This document shows, in pieces, positions 11,015 to 21,284 of a DNA stretch of 64,000 nucleotides. The notes beneath the pieces were generated by a model. It worked only from the letters and a program-made list of their open reading frames with translations, searched no databases and was not told the origin of the DNA. Origin of the DNA: Escherichia coli (GTDB taxonomy: Bacteria; Pseudomonadota; Gammaproteobacteria; Enterobacterales; Enterobacteriaceae); NCBI RefSeq assembly GCF_024700885.2, contig NZ_CP117016.1, one strand, 5' to 3'. Made by a program: the position numbers and the translations under genes. Within the stretch, counting starts at the first letter, position 1; each line of letters begins with the position of its first letter.

Positions 11015-13036
11015 ATGAAAATGACACGGCTTTATCCTCTGGCCTTGGGGGGATTATTGCTCCCCGCCATTGCTAATGCCCAGACTTCACAGCAAGACGA
11101 AAGCACGCTGGTGGTTACCGCCAGTAAACAATCTTCCCGCTCGGCATCAGCCAACAACGTCTCGTCTACTGTTGTCAGCGCGCCGGAATTAAGCGACGCC
11201 GGCGTCACCGCCAGCGACAAACTCCCCAGAGTCTTGCCCGGGCTCAATATTGAAAATAGCGGCAACATGCTTTTTTCGACGATCTCGCTACGCGGCGTCT
11301 CTTCAGCGCAGGACTTCTATAACCCCGCCGTCACCCTGTATGTCGATGGCGTCCCTCAGCTTTCCACCAACACCATCCAGGCGCTTACCGATGTGCAAAG
11401 CGTGGAGTTGCTGCGAGGCCCACAGGGAACGTTATATGGCAAAAGCGCTCAGGGCGGGATCATCAACATCGTCACCCAGCAGCCGGACAGCACGCCGCGC
11501 GGCTATATTGAAGGCGGCGTCAGTAGCCGCGACAGTTATCGAAGTAAGTTCAACCTGAGCGGCCCCATTCAGGATGGCCTGCTGTACGGCAGCGTCACCC
11601 TGTTACGCCAGGTTGATGACGGCGACATGATTAACCCCGCGACGGGAAGCGATGACTTAGGCGGCACCCGCGCCAGCATAGGGAATGTGAAACTGCGTCT
11701 GGCGCCGGACGATCAGCCCTGGGAAATGGGCTTTGCCGCCTCACGCGAATGTACCCGCGCCACCCAGGACGCCTATGTGGGATGGAATGATATTAAGGGC
11801 CGTAAGCTGTCGATCAGCGATGGTTCACCAGACCCGTACATGCGGCGCTGCACTGACAGCCAGACCCTGAGTGGGAAATACACCACCGATGACTGGGTTT
11901 TCAACCTGATCAGCGCCTGGCAGCAGCAGCATTATTCGCGCACCTTCCCTTCCGGTTCGTTAATCGTCAATATGCCTCAGCGCTGGAATCAGGATGTGCA
12001 GGAGCTGCGCGCCGCAACCCTGGGCGATGCGCGTACCGTTGATATGGTGTTTGGGCTGTACCGGCAGAACACCCGCGAGAAGTTAAATTCAGCCTACGAC
12101 ATGCCGACAATGCCTTATTTAAGCAGTACCGGCTATACCACCGCTGAAACGCTGGCCGCATACAGTGACCTGACCTGGCATTTAACCGATCGTTTTGATA
12201 TCGGCGGCGGCGTGCGCTTCTCGCATGATAAATCCAGTACACAATATCACGGCAGCATGCTCGGCAACCCGTTTGGCGACCAGGGTAAGAGCAATGACGA
12301 TCAGGTGCTCGGGCAGCTATCCGCAGGCTATATGCTGACCGATGACTGGAGAGTGTATACCCGTGTAGCCCAGGGATATAAACCTTCCGGGTACAACATC
12401 GTGCCTACTGCGGGTCTTGATGCCAAACCGTTCGTCGCCGAGAAATCCATCAACTATGAACTTGGCACCCGCTACGAAACCGCTGACGTCACGCTGCAAG
12501 CCGCGACGTTTTATACCCACACCAAAGACATGCAGCTTTACTCTGGCCCGGTCGGGATGCAGACATTAAGCAATGCGGGTAAAGCCGACGCCACCGGCGT
12601 TGAGCTTGAAGCGAAGTGGCGGTTTGCGCCAGGCTGGTCATGGGATATCAATGGCAACGTGATCCGTTCCGAATTCACCAATGACAGTGAGTTGTATCAC
12701 GGTAACCGGGTGCCGTTCGTACCACGTTATGGCGCGGGAAGCAGCGTGAACGGCGTGATTGATACGCGCTATGGCGCACTGATGCCCCGACTGGCGGTTA
12801 ATCTGGTCGGGCCGCATTATTTCGATGGCGACAACCAGTTGCGGCAAGGCACCTATGCCACCCTGGACAGCAGCCTGGGCTGGCAGGCGACTGAACGGAT
12901 GAACATTTCCGTCTATGTCGATAACCTGTTCGACCGTCGTTACCGTACCTATGGCTACATGAACGGCAGCAGCGCCGTCGCGCAGGTCAATATGGGTCGC
13001 ACCGTCGGTATCAATACGCGAATTGATTTCTTCTGA
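11015..13036 (+). CDS. fyuA: TonB-dependent outer-membrane receptor for ferric yersiniabactin / pesticin
   Basis: 673 aa with signal peptide, TonB-box region, and a C-terminal aromatic residue ending the beta-barrel (…RIDFF). Confidence 0.9.
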   Translation: MKMTRLYPLALGGLLLPAIANAQTSQQDESTLVVTASKQSSRSASANNVSSTVVSAPELSDAGVTASDKLPRVLPGLNIENSGNMLFSTISLRGVSSAQDFYNPAVTLYVDGVPQLSTNTIQALTDVQSVELLRGPQGTLYGKSAQGGIINIVTQQPDSTPRGYIEGGVSSRDSYRSKFNLSGPIQDGLLYGSVTLLRQVDDGDMINPATGSDDLGGTRASIGNVKLRLAPDDQPWEMGFAASRECTRATQDAYVGWNDIKGRKLSISDGSPDPYMRRCTDSQTLSGKYTTDDWVFNLISAWQQQHYSRTFPSGSLIVNMPQRWNQDVQELRAATLGDARTVDMVFGLYRQNTREKLNSAYDMPTMPYLSSTGYTTAETLAAYSDLTWHLTDRFDIGGGVRFSHDKSSTQYHGSMLGNPFGDQGKSNDDQVLGQLSAGYMLTDDWRVYTRVAQGYKPSGYNIVPTAGLDAKPFVAEKSINYELGTRYETADVTLQAATFYTHTKDMQLYSGPVGMQTLSNAGKADATGVELEAKWRFAPGWSWDINGNVIRSEFTNDSELYHGNRVPFVPRYGAGSSVNGVIDTRYGALMPRLAVNLVGPHYFDGDNQLRQGTYATLDSSLGWQATERMNISVYVDNLFDRRYRTYGYMNGSSAVAQVNMGRTVGINTRIDFF

Positions 13037-13042
13037 TTATTG

Positions 13043-13075
13043 TAAAAGGGATACCGAAAAGGTATCCCTTTTACA
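13043..13075 (+). terminator. Rho-independent terminator after fyuA
   Basis: Perfect hairpin aaaagggatacc-gaaa-ggtatccctttt immediately 3' of the fyuA stop. Confidence 0.6.
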
Positions 13076-13551
13076 CCACTAGTTAAAACCAGTAACTCAG
13101 CAGAGTCGCAAAAAATATTAATCCATAGTGATTATTTAAACAATGAAATTGCGATTAGGATAAATAGATTTAACTTTCTCGTTCCTTTCTCTCCTTATAC
13201 TAAAGAAATAATCATATCAAAATAAAAATTCACAACAGTGCAACATTAAAAAATACAACCAACAAACAATCCTATATACAAGGCACATCTCCAGAATATA
13301 AAAGCACAGACAAACAACCTAAAAAAAACAACCCCATACATATAAATTATTTTATAGGTAAAATAGATTATATATTCTCATAGCTACCACAAACTATACT
13401 AGCCTGAACTATATTTATTCTGCTGCAATCAATGCATACATAACACAAATATCACTCAGGTACACTACTCAAACCACGCTGGGATTTTTCCTCAAGTTAT
13501 AATCATCACCCCGAAAATCATTCGGCATTTACTCATTAAATAGTCACCCCA
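13076..13551. other. AT-rich non-coding spacer at the HPI right end
   Basis: About 470 bp of strongly AT-biased sequence with no ORF of 60 codons or more, in sharp contrast to the GC-rich ybt genes. Confidence 0.5.
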
Positions 13552-13606
13552 GGTGATGCTGCCAACTTACTGATTTAGTGTATGATGGTGTTTTTGAGGT
13601 GCTCCA

Positions 13607-13882
13607 GTGGCTTCTGTTTCTATCAGCTGTCCCTCCTGTTCAGCTACTGACGGGGTGGTGCGTAACGGCAAAAGCACCGCCGGACATCAGCGCTATCTCT
13701 GCTCTCACTGCCGTAAAACATGGCAACTGCAGTTCACTTACACCGCTTCTCAACCCGGTACGCACCAGAAAATCATTGATATGGCCATGAATGGCGTTGG
13801 ATGCCGGGCAACTGCCCGCATTATGGGCGTTGGCCTCAACACGATTTTACGTCACTTAAAAAACTCAGGCCGCAGTCGGTAA
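13607..13882 (+). CDS. insA: IS1 InsA
   Basis: 91 aa starting [24 protein letters not shown] (zinc finger plus HTH). Confidence 0.9.
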
Positions 13883-14304
13883 CCTCGCGCATACAGCCGG
13901 GCAGTGACGTCATCGTCTGCGCGGAAATGGACGAACAGTGGGGCTATGTCGGGGCTAAATCGCGCCAGCGCTGGCTGTTTTACGCGTATGACAGGCTCCG
14001 GAAGACGGTTGTTGCGCACGTATTCGGTGAACGCACTATGGCGACGCTGGGGCGTCTTATGAGCCTGCTGTCACCCTTTGACGTGGTGATATGGATGACG
14101 GATGGCTGGCCGCTGTATGAATCCCGCCTGAAGGGAAAGCTGCACGTAATCAGCAAGCGATATACGCAGCGAATTGAGCGGCATAACCTGAATCTGAGGC
14201 AGCACCTGGCACGGCTGGGACGGAAGTCGCTGTCGTTCTCAAAATCGGTGGAGCTGCATGACAAAGTCATCGGGCATTATCTGAACATAAAACACTATCA
14301 ATAA
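13801..14304 (+). CDS. insB: IS1 InsB (expressed as an InsAB' fusion by -1 frameshift)
   Basis: 167-aa ORF overlapping the insA 3' end in the -1 frame. Confidence 0.85.
13856..13864 (+). promoter_or_regulatory. IS1 programmed -1 ribosomal frameshift motif (A6C)
   Basis: ttaaaaaac lies in the insA/insB overlap. Confidence 0.6.
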
Positions 14305-14319
14305 GTTGGAGTCATTACC

Positions 14320-14645
14320 CCGTATTGCAGTGTTATATTCTTCGCTAAATCTTTTATTTCTTTTAATGTTGCGTGATCCTGCATAGTCATTGTGACTAAT
14401 GTTAATTTAGTCTGTTCAAGTTTGAGCGCATTAAAGACTTCTAAATTAATTGTCGACGTAACAATTAATAGATGCTTAATTTTATGCAATTCAAGCGCCC
14501 GAATAACAGGAAAGATGGCCATAGCATCGCCAATCTGATCGGGAATATGTATGACAACAAAGTCTGTTTTTTCAATATTAAAATTATAAGCTTTATAATC
14601 GTAGTAACTAAATGCAATACGTCTCAACAATGATACTAAAAACAT
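14320..14645 (-). pseudogene. yeeL: Glycosyltransferase family 9 (heptosyltransferase-like) gene fragment, 3'-truncated by IS1
   Basis: Minus-strand ORF (MFLVSLLRRIAF…IHIPDQIGDAMAIFPVIRALE…) runs into the IS1 right end; position upstream of shiA matches yeeL in K-12. Symbol recalled from memory, not verified. Confidence 0.5.
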
Positions 14646-14959
14646 AACTAACCTCGCCTCCCTACTGGTTATAATGCAATGCAGTCTATCAGAATCATCA
14701 GGGTGCAATTTTGTGCATATGCGGACTTTTATGTTTCATATCTCGAACCTGTGGGCCATCTGCTTAATCCTTAAACAACACCAGCAACTCCTGCGCTTTC
14801 ATCTTCCATCGAATTTTTCATGTTGCCGCTAATCAGCCATAAAATCATTTGCAGATGCGCTCTGTCGAGGTAGTCTCATAAGGTTCGTTTATAGATCGAC
14901 GGCAATGTGAGTTACCTTTTCCATACTAATTATAAAAAGACAGTACAAACAGGATCATT

Positions 14960-16276
14960 ATGGACTCCACGCTCATCTCCACTCGTCCCGATGAAGGGAC
15001 GCTTTCGTTAAGTCGCGCCCGACGAGCTGCGTTAGGCAGTTTCGCTGGTGCCGTCGTCGACTGGTATGATTTTTTACTCTATGGCATTACCGCCGCACTG
15101 GTGTTTAATCGCGAGTTTTTCCCGCAAGTAAGCCCGGCGATGGGAACGCTCGCCGCATTTGCCACCTTTGGTGTCGGCTTCCTTTTCCGACCGCTCGGCG
15201 GTGTCATTTTCGGTCACTTTGGTGACCGACTGGGACGTAAGCGCATGTTAATGCTGACCGTCTGGATGATGGGCATCGCGACAGCCTTGATTGGTATTCT
15301 TCCTTCATTCTCGACCATTGGGTGGTGGGCACCTATTTTGCTGGTGACACTGCGTGCCATTCAGGGATTTGCCGTCGGCGGCGAATGGGGAGGCGCAGCG
15401 TTGCTTTCCGTTGAAAGTGCGCCGAAAAATAAAAAAGCCTTTTACAGTAGCGGTGTACAAGTTGGCTACGGAGTAGGTTTACTGCTTTCAACCGGACTGG
15501 TTTCATTGATCAGTATGATGACGACTGACGTACAGTTTTTAAGCTGGGGCTGGCGCATTCCTTTCCTGTTTAGCATCGTACTGGTACTGGGAGCATTGTG
15601 GGTGCGCAATGGCATGGAGGAGTCCGCGGAATTTGAACAACAGCAACATAATCAAGCGGCCGCGAAAAAACGCATCCCGGTTATCGAAGCTCTGTTACGA
15701 CATCCCGGTGCTTTCCTGAAGATTATTGCGCTACGACTGTGCGAGTTGCTGACGATGTACATCGTTACCGCCTTTGCACTTAATTATTCAACCCAGAATA
15801 TGGGGTTACCGCGCGAACTTTTCCTTAATATTGGTTTGCTGGTAGGTGGATTAAGCTGCCTGACAATTCCCTGTTTTGCCTGGCTTGCCGATCGTTTTGG
15901 TCGCCGCAGGTTTTATATCACAGGTGCGTTAATCGGAATGTTGAGCGCATTTCCTTTCTTTATGGCGCTTGAAGCACAATCTATTTTCTGGATAGTTTTC
16001 TTCTCCATAATGCTGGCAAACATTGCGCATGACATGGTGGTGTGTGTGCAACAACCGATGTTTACCGAAATGTTTGGTGCCAGTTATCGCTATAGTGGCG
16101 CTGGAGTCGGTTATCAGGTTGCCAGTGTGGTTGGTGGTGGATTTACACCTTTTATTGCCGCTGCACTCATCACTTACTTTGCCGGGAACTGGCATAGCGT
16201 CGCCATTTATTTGCTGGCTGGATGCCTGATTTCCGCAATAACCGCTTTGTTGATGAAAGACAATCAACGCGCTTGA
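14960..16276 (+). CDS. shiA: Shikimate transporter (MFS)
   Basis: 438 aa, multi-pass membrane protein with MFS motifs (GHFGDRLGRKRM); conserved position upstream of amn. Confidence 0.85.
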   Translation: MDSTLISTRPDEGTLSLSRARRAALGSFAGAVVDWYDFLLYGITAALVFNREFFPQVSPAMGTLAAFATFGVGFLFRPLGGVIFGHFGDRLGRKRMLMLTVWMMGIATALIGILPSFSTIGWWAPILLVTLRAIQGFAVGGEWGGAALLSVESAPKNKKAFYSSGVQVGYGVGLLLSTGLVSLISMMTTDVQFLSWGWRIPFLFSIVLVLGALWVRNGMEESAEFEQQQHNQAAAKKRIPVIEALLRHPGAFLKIIALRLCELLTMYIVTAFALNYSTQNMGLPRELFLNIGLLVGGLSCLTIPCFAWLADRFGRRRFYITGALIGMLSAFPFFMALEAQSIFWIVFFSIMLANIAHDMVVCVQQPMFTEMFGASYRYSGAGVGYQVASVVGGGFTPFIAAALITYFAGNWHSVAIYLLAGCLISAITALLMKDNQRA

Positions 16277-16377
16277 TAGCCTGGCGAAGATCATCCGATC
16301 TTCGCCTTACACTTTTGTTTCACATTCCTGTGACATACTATCGGATGTGCGGTAATTGTATGGAACAGGAGACACAC

Positions 16378-17832
16378 ATGAATAATAAGGGCTCCGGTCT
16401 GACCCCAGCTCAGGCACTGGATAAACTCGACGCGCTGTATGAGCAATCTGTAGTTGCTTTACGCAACGCCATTGGCAACTATATTACAAGTGGCGAATTA
16501 CCTGATGAAAACGCCCGCAAACAAGGTCTTTTTGTCTATCCATCACTGACCGTAACTTGGGATGGTAGCACAACCAATCCCCCTAAAACGCGCGCATTTG
16601 GTCGTTTTACTCACGCAGGCAGCTACACCACCACGATTACTCGCCCTACTCTCTTTCGTTCGTATCTCAATGAACAACTTACGTTGCTGTATCAGGATTA
16701 TGGTGCGCATATCTCGGTGCAACCCTCGCAGCATGAAATCCCTTATCCTTATGTCATTGATGGCTCTGAATTGACACTTGATCGCTCAATGAGCGCTGGG
16801 TTAACTCGCTATTTCCCGACAACAGAACTGGCGCAAATTGGCGATGAAACTGCAGACGGCATTTATCATCCAACTGAATTCTCCCCGCTATCGCATTTTG
16901 ATGCGCGCCGCGTCGATTTTTCCCTCGCGCGGTTGCGCCATTATACCGGTACGCCAGTTGAACATTTTCAGCCGTTCGTCTTGTTTACCAACTACACACG
17001 TTATGTGGATGAATTCGTTCGTTGGGGATGCAGCCAGATCCTCGATCCTGATAGTCCCTACATTGCCCTTTCTTGTGCTGGCGGGAACTGGATCACCGCC
17101 GAAACCGAAGCGCCAGAAGAAGCCATTTCCGACCTTGCATGGAAAAAACACCAGATGCCCGCGTGGCATTTAATTACCGCCGATGGTCAGGGTATTACTC
17201 TGGTGAATATTGGCGTGGGACCGTCAAATGCTAAAACCATCTGCGATCATCTGGCAGTACTACGCCCGGATGTCTGGTTGATGATTGGTCACTGTGGTGG
17301 CTTACGTGAAAGCCAGGCCATTGGCGATTATGTACTTGCACATGCTTATTTACGCGATGATCACGTTCTTGATGCGGTTCTGCCGCCCGATATTCCTATT
17401 CCAAGCATTGCTGAAGTGCAACGTGCGCTTTATGACGCTACCAAGTTAGTCAGCGGCAGGCCCGGTGAGGAAGTCAAACAGCGGCTGCGTACAGGTACTG
17501 TGGTAACCACAGATGACAGGAACTGGGAATTACGTTACTCAGCTTCTGCACTTCGTTTTAACTTAAGCCGGGCCGTGGCAATTGATATGGAAAGTGCAAC
17601 CATTGCCGCGCAAGGATATCGTTTCCGCGTGCCATACGGGACACTACTGTGTGTTTCAGATAAACCGTTGCATGGCGAGATTAAACTTCCCGGCCAGGCT
17701 AACCGTTTTTATGAAGGCGCTATTTCCGAACACCTGCAAATTGGCATTCGGGCGATCGATTTGCTGCGCGCAGAAGGCGACCGACTGCATTCACGTAAAT
17801 TACGAACCTTTAATGAGCCGCCGTTCCGATAA
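16378..17832 (+). CDS. amn: AMP nucleosidase
   Basis: 484 aa from the internal ATG (MNNKGSGLTPAQ…); the ORF-track N-terminal extension from 16222 overlaps the shiA 3' end and is discounted. Confidence 0.9.
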   Translation: MNNKGSGLTPAQALDKLDALYEQSVVALRNAIGNYITSGELPDENARKQGLFVYPSLTVTWDGSTTNPPKTRAFGRFTHAGSYTTTITRPTLFRSYLNEQLTLLYQDYGAHISVQPSQHEIPYPYVIDGSELTLDRSMSAGLTRYFPTTELAQIGDETADGIYHPTEFSPLSHFDARRVDFSLARLRHYTGTPVEHFQPFVLFTNYTRYVDEFVRWGCSQILDPDSPYIALSCAGGNWITAETEAPEEAISDLAWKKHQMPAWHLITADGQGITLVNIGVGPSNAKTICDHLAVLRPDVWLMIGHCGGLRESQAIGDYVLAHAYLRDDHVLDAVLPPDIPIPSIAEVQRALYDATKLVSGRPGEEVKQRLRTGTVVTTDDRNWELRYSASALRFNLSRAVAIDMESATIAAQGYRFRVPYGTLLCVSDKPLHGEIKLPGQANRFYEGAISEHLQIGIRAIDLLRAEGDRLHSRKLRTFNEPPFR

Positions 17833-18174
17833 TAAGTTATGAACCTTCTTATCAGAAATAGATGTGAAGGATTAAGTAAGACATCTGGCAAATAGCCTGC
17901 AATAAACGCGGGCTGTTTGCTTCCTTGGGCAGATGCGAGTTTTATTATCGTCTTAATGATTTCCACATATTAAAAGCAAGTATGCTTTCAAAACACAATT
18001 ATAAAAAATCCCGCCAACAACATTAGTTTTTATAAAATTAAATATAAGATTATGGCTTTAGAATATTTTTATTTCTAATAGACGAGATTTTTCCTGTTAT
18101 GATATAATATGCTGAATTAACACATGTTAACGATTTACCAGTAATGTAAATAAATTTTCGAGGAGATCATTCCA

Positions 18175-18891
18175 GTGGGACGTAAATGGGCCAATATTGT
18201 TGCTAAAAAAACGGCTAAAGACGGTGCAACGTCTAAAATTTATGCAAAATTCGGTGTAGAAATCTATGCTGCTGCCAAACAAGGTGAACCCGATCCAGAA
18301 TTAAACACATCTTTAAAATTCGTTATTGAACGTGCAAAGCAGGCACAAGTTCCAAAGCACGTTATTGATAAAGCAATTGATAAAGCCAAAGGCGGTGGAG
18401 ATGAAACGTTCGTACAGGGACGTTATGAAGGCTTTGGTCCTAATGGCTCAATGATTATTGCTGAGACATTGACTTCAAATGTTAACCGTACGATTGCTAA
18501 CGTTCGCACAATTTTCAATAAAAAAGGCGGCAATATCGGAGCGGCAGGTTCTGTCAGCTATATGTTTGACAATACGGGTGTGATTGTATTTAAAGGAACA
18601 GACCCTGACCATATTTTTGAAATTTTGCTTGAAGCTGAAGTTGATGTTCGTGATGTAACTGAAGAAGAAGGTAATATTGTTATTTATACTGAACCTACTG
18701 ACCTTCATAAAGGAATCGCGGCGCTAAAAGCAGCTGGAATCACTGAGTTCTCAACAACAGAATTAGAAATGATTGCTCAATCTGAAGTTGAGCTTTCCCC
18801 AGAAGATTTAGAAATCTTTGAAGGGCTTGTTGATGCCCTTGAAGATGACGACGATGTACAAAAAGTTTATCATAACGTCGCAAATCTCTAA
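18175..18891 (+). CDS. yeeN: YebC/PmpR-family transcriptional regulator
   Basis: 238 aa; GAGGAG RBS 9 nt upstream of a GTG start. Confidence 0.85.
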
Positions 18892-18900
18892 TTATATGTT

Positions 18901-18931
18901 AAAGAAATCTGTCTTTATGGCAGATTTCTTT
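18901..18931 (+). terminator. Hairpin terminator after yeeN
   Basis: aaagaaatctg…cagatttcttt inverted repeat directly after the stop. Confidence 0.45.
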
Positions 18932-19345
18932 AATCTCATATAATCCTTATAAAAATATAATGTTTAACTCGTCATATTGCTTATAAAAAATCCCCGTTCC
19001 CAGAGAAATAATATTTATTAAAATGGCAGGTCTTCTTTTTCTGATTACCGAAGACAAAGTGGCAATTACGTATAGTTTCCCGATAAAGACGCGACAGCTA
19101 CATCCCGCATAAGGCATTTTTCTCTTTATCTTTGTACGGTACTTCATGGAACAGAATTTTTGACCTTGTGAATCGTGATGTCTGTTGGGGAGGAGCAATT
19201 TGCTCACTGAAGCGTGAGACTCGATTAAGCGCACGAAACACAGAAATCAAAAAACCCGGCCACTTTTTTACAAACTGACCGGGTAAAAATAATTTTTATT
19301 TTTTAACTGCCTTGAGACTCATAGAGATGTCTCAAAACTAAAATT

Positions 19346-19421
19346 TGGCTCCTCTGACTGGACTCGAACCAGTGACATACGGATTAACAGTCCGCCGTTC
19401 TACCAACTGAACTACAGAGGA
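19346..19421 (-). tRNA. asnW: tRNA-Asn
   Basis: 76-nt reverse complement of the tRNA-Asn sequence ending CCA; differs from the two plus-strand copies at one D-arm position. Confidence 0.9.
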
Positions 19422-19521
19422 ATCGTGAGAACGAGGCGAATATTAGCGATGCCCACCCACAATGTCAAAGCCTGTTTTTTAAATTTGAAATCGTTTGCTG
19501 AAATAATCTGCATTTTGTTGT

Positions 19522-21009
19522 TTATTCCGACACAACTGGCTTTTTTTCACACTTTTGCGGTTCGGGTCGAGGGTATTTCCATAGCCAACGTCCAGTAACC
19601 ATTCGCCAGTAAAACAGCACGGCCCGCACAGCCCAGTCGGCAAACATTCCCATCCAGACACCAACCACACCCCAGCCAAGCATGATGCCCAGCACATAAC
19701 CGACGACAACCCGGCAACCCCACATGCTCAACATAGAAACCCACATAGCGTAACGGGCGTCACGAGCCCCCTTAAATCCAGCGGGTAGCACCCATGAGGC
19801 GGACCAAATAGGCATAAATAAAGCATTTAGCCAAATCAGAATCACAACGACATGTTTAACCTGTGGATCCTGGGTGTAAAACGATGCCATAACCCCGGCA
19901 AAGGGAGCCGTTAGCCAGGCGATGGCCGTTAATCCAAGAGTGGACAGCCAGAAGACATGCCGCAACTGAATCTCTGCTTGCGCTATCTGCCCTACCCCTA
20001 ACCTTCGGCCTGTAATGATCGTAGAAGCAGAGCCGAGCGCACTTCCGGGTAAGTTGATAAGAGCCGCAATTGAAAACGCGATAAAATTTCCGGCAATAAC
20101 ACTGGTCCCCATCCCGGCAACGAACATTTGGGTTAATAACCGACCACTGGTAAATAACACTGATTCGACACTCGCTGGAATACCAATCCCCATGACTTCC
20201 CAGATAATGCTAAAATTCAGCGGTTTAAAATAGCTCTTTAACGAAATCCTTAGCGCAGGATTAAAACCAATCGCCAGCACCCACAAAATTGCAACTGCGC
20301 CAATATAACGAGAAATGGTTAAACCCAACCCAGCCCCGACAAATCCCAGTCCCGGCCAGGAGAAAAGGCCGTAAATCAATATGCCGCTAATAATAATATT
20401 AAGAATATTCAGGCTACCGTTAATCAGTAGCGGTATTTTCGTATTCCCTGCACCACGAAGTGCCCCGCTACCAATCAAAGTGATGGCAGCTGCTGGATAA
20501 CTGAGTACCGTCAGCTCCAGATAAGTCAACGCCAGTGCTTTAACTTCTGTCGTGGCATCACCCGCGACGAAATCAATAATTTGCTCGCCAAAATGATGAA
20601 TAAGCGTTGCCAACAGTACGGCAAACAACGTCATGATCACCAATGACTGCCGCGTCGCCACCCTCGCTCGTCGTCGATCCCGCTTACCGAGACTAAATGC
20701 CACAACGACAGTAGTACCAAGATCGATAGCAGCAAAAAAAGCCATAATGACCATATTGAAGCTGTCCGCCAATCCCACGCCGGCCATCGCATCTTTTCCC
20801 AGCCAGCTGACCAGAAAAGTGCTCAGAACCCCCATCAACAGGACACAGGCATTCTCCATGAAGATAGGAACAGCAAGCGGGGTTATCTCGCGCCAGAACA
20901 ACACTTTGTAGCTCTTGCGTTTAGCGTGCCAGCGAGTGCCGTGAACAACCTGGCGTAAAGCAGAGGAGATATTCAAAGCCGACCTTAATTGCAGAAAGTG
21001 AAACCACAT
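19522..21009 (-). CDS. yeeO: MATE-family efflux transporter
   Basis: 495 aa from the MWFHFLQLRS start; multi-pass membrane protein. The upstream 51-codon extension in the ORF track is discounted. Confidence 0.8.
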   Translation of the reverse strand: MWFHFLQLRSALNISSALRQVVHGTRWHAKRKSYKVLFWREITPLAVPIFMENACVLLMGVLSTFLVSWLGKDAMAGVGLADSFNMVIMAFFAAIDLGTTVVVAFSLGKRDRRRARVATRQSLVIMTLFAVLLATLIHHFGEQIIDFVAGDATTEVKALALTYLELTVLSYPAAAITLIGSGALRGAGNTKIPLLINGSLNILNIIISGILIYGLFSWPGLGFVGAGLGLTISRYIGAVAILWVLAIGFNPALRISLKSYFKPLNFSIIWEVMGIGIPASVESVLFTSGRLLTQMFVAGMGTSVIAGNFIAFSIAALINLPGSALGSASTIITGRRLGVGQIAQAEIQLRHVFWLSTLGLTAIAWLTAPFAGVMASFYTQDPQVKHVVVILIWLNALFMPIWSASWVLPAGFKGARDARYAMWVSMLSMWGCRVVVGYVLGIMLGWGVVGVWMGMFADWAVRAVLFYWRMVTGRWLWKYPRPEPQKCEKKPVVSE

Positions 21010-21169
21010 TTCAAATAATGAGGGAGAATCAGCAAAGCTGCAAAGATTTTCGCCAACAAATTGTCTGCAAATGCAACAAACTGTTGATAGAAACGGCAAA
21101 CAGTTGGGGAATTTAAAAATCGGGTTTGACAAAAGATTTTTCGCCGTTAAGATGTGCCTCAACAGCGAT

Positions 21170-21245
21170 TCCTCTGTAGTTCAGTCGGTAGAACGGCGGA
21201 CTGTTAATCCGTATGTCACTGGTTCGAGTCCAGTCAGAGGAGCCA
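21170..21245 (+). tRNA. asnU: tRNA-Asn
   Basis: TCCTCTGTAGTTCAGTCGGTAGAACGGCGGACTGTTAATCCGTATGTCACTGGTTCGAGTCCAGTCAGAGGAGCCA. Confidence 0.95.
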
Positions 21246-21254
21246 AATTTCTGA

Positions 21255-21284
21255 AAAGCCCGCTTTTATAGCGGGCTTTTTGCT
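21255..21284 (+). terminator. Rho-independent terminator after asnU (bidirectional with cbl)
   Basis: aaagcccgc-ttttata-gcgggcttttt. Confidence 0.6.

Larger units (their letters stand above)
13552..14319 (+). mobile_element. IS1 insertion sequence, complete (768 bp)
   Basis: Left end GGTGATGCTGCCAACTTACTGAT at 13552 and inverted right end …GTTGGAGTCATTACC ending 14319; contains insA and insB. Confidence 0.9.

Noticed and set aside
13076-13551. Integrase or attachment-site remnant at the HPI right end
   Set aside because: No ORF and no copy of the asn-tRNA 3'-end repeat could be found; treated as a plain AT-rich spacer.
16222-16377. N-terminal extension of amn
   Set aside because: Overlaps the shiA 3' end; the internal ATG at 16378 gives the 484-aa Amn product.
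19311-19345. Terminator downstream of asnW
   Set aside because: A hairpin (gagac…gtctc) is present but is not followed by a U-run on the transcribed strand.
21010-21162. 51-codon N-terminal extension of yeeO
   Set aside because: The start at MWFHF gives the 495-aa protein; the extension would run to within 8 bp of asnU.
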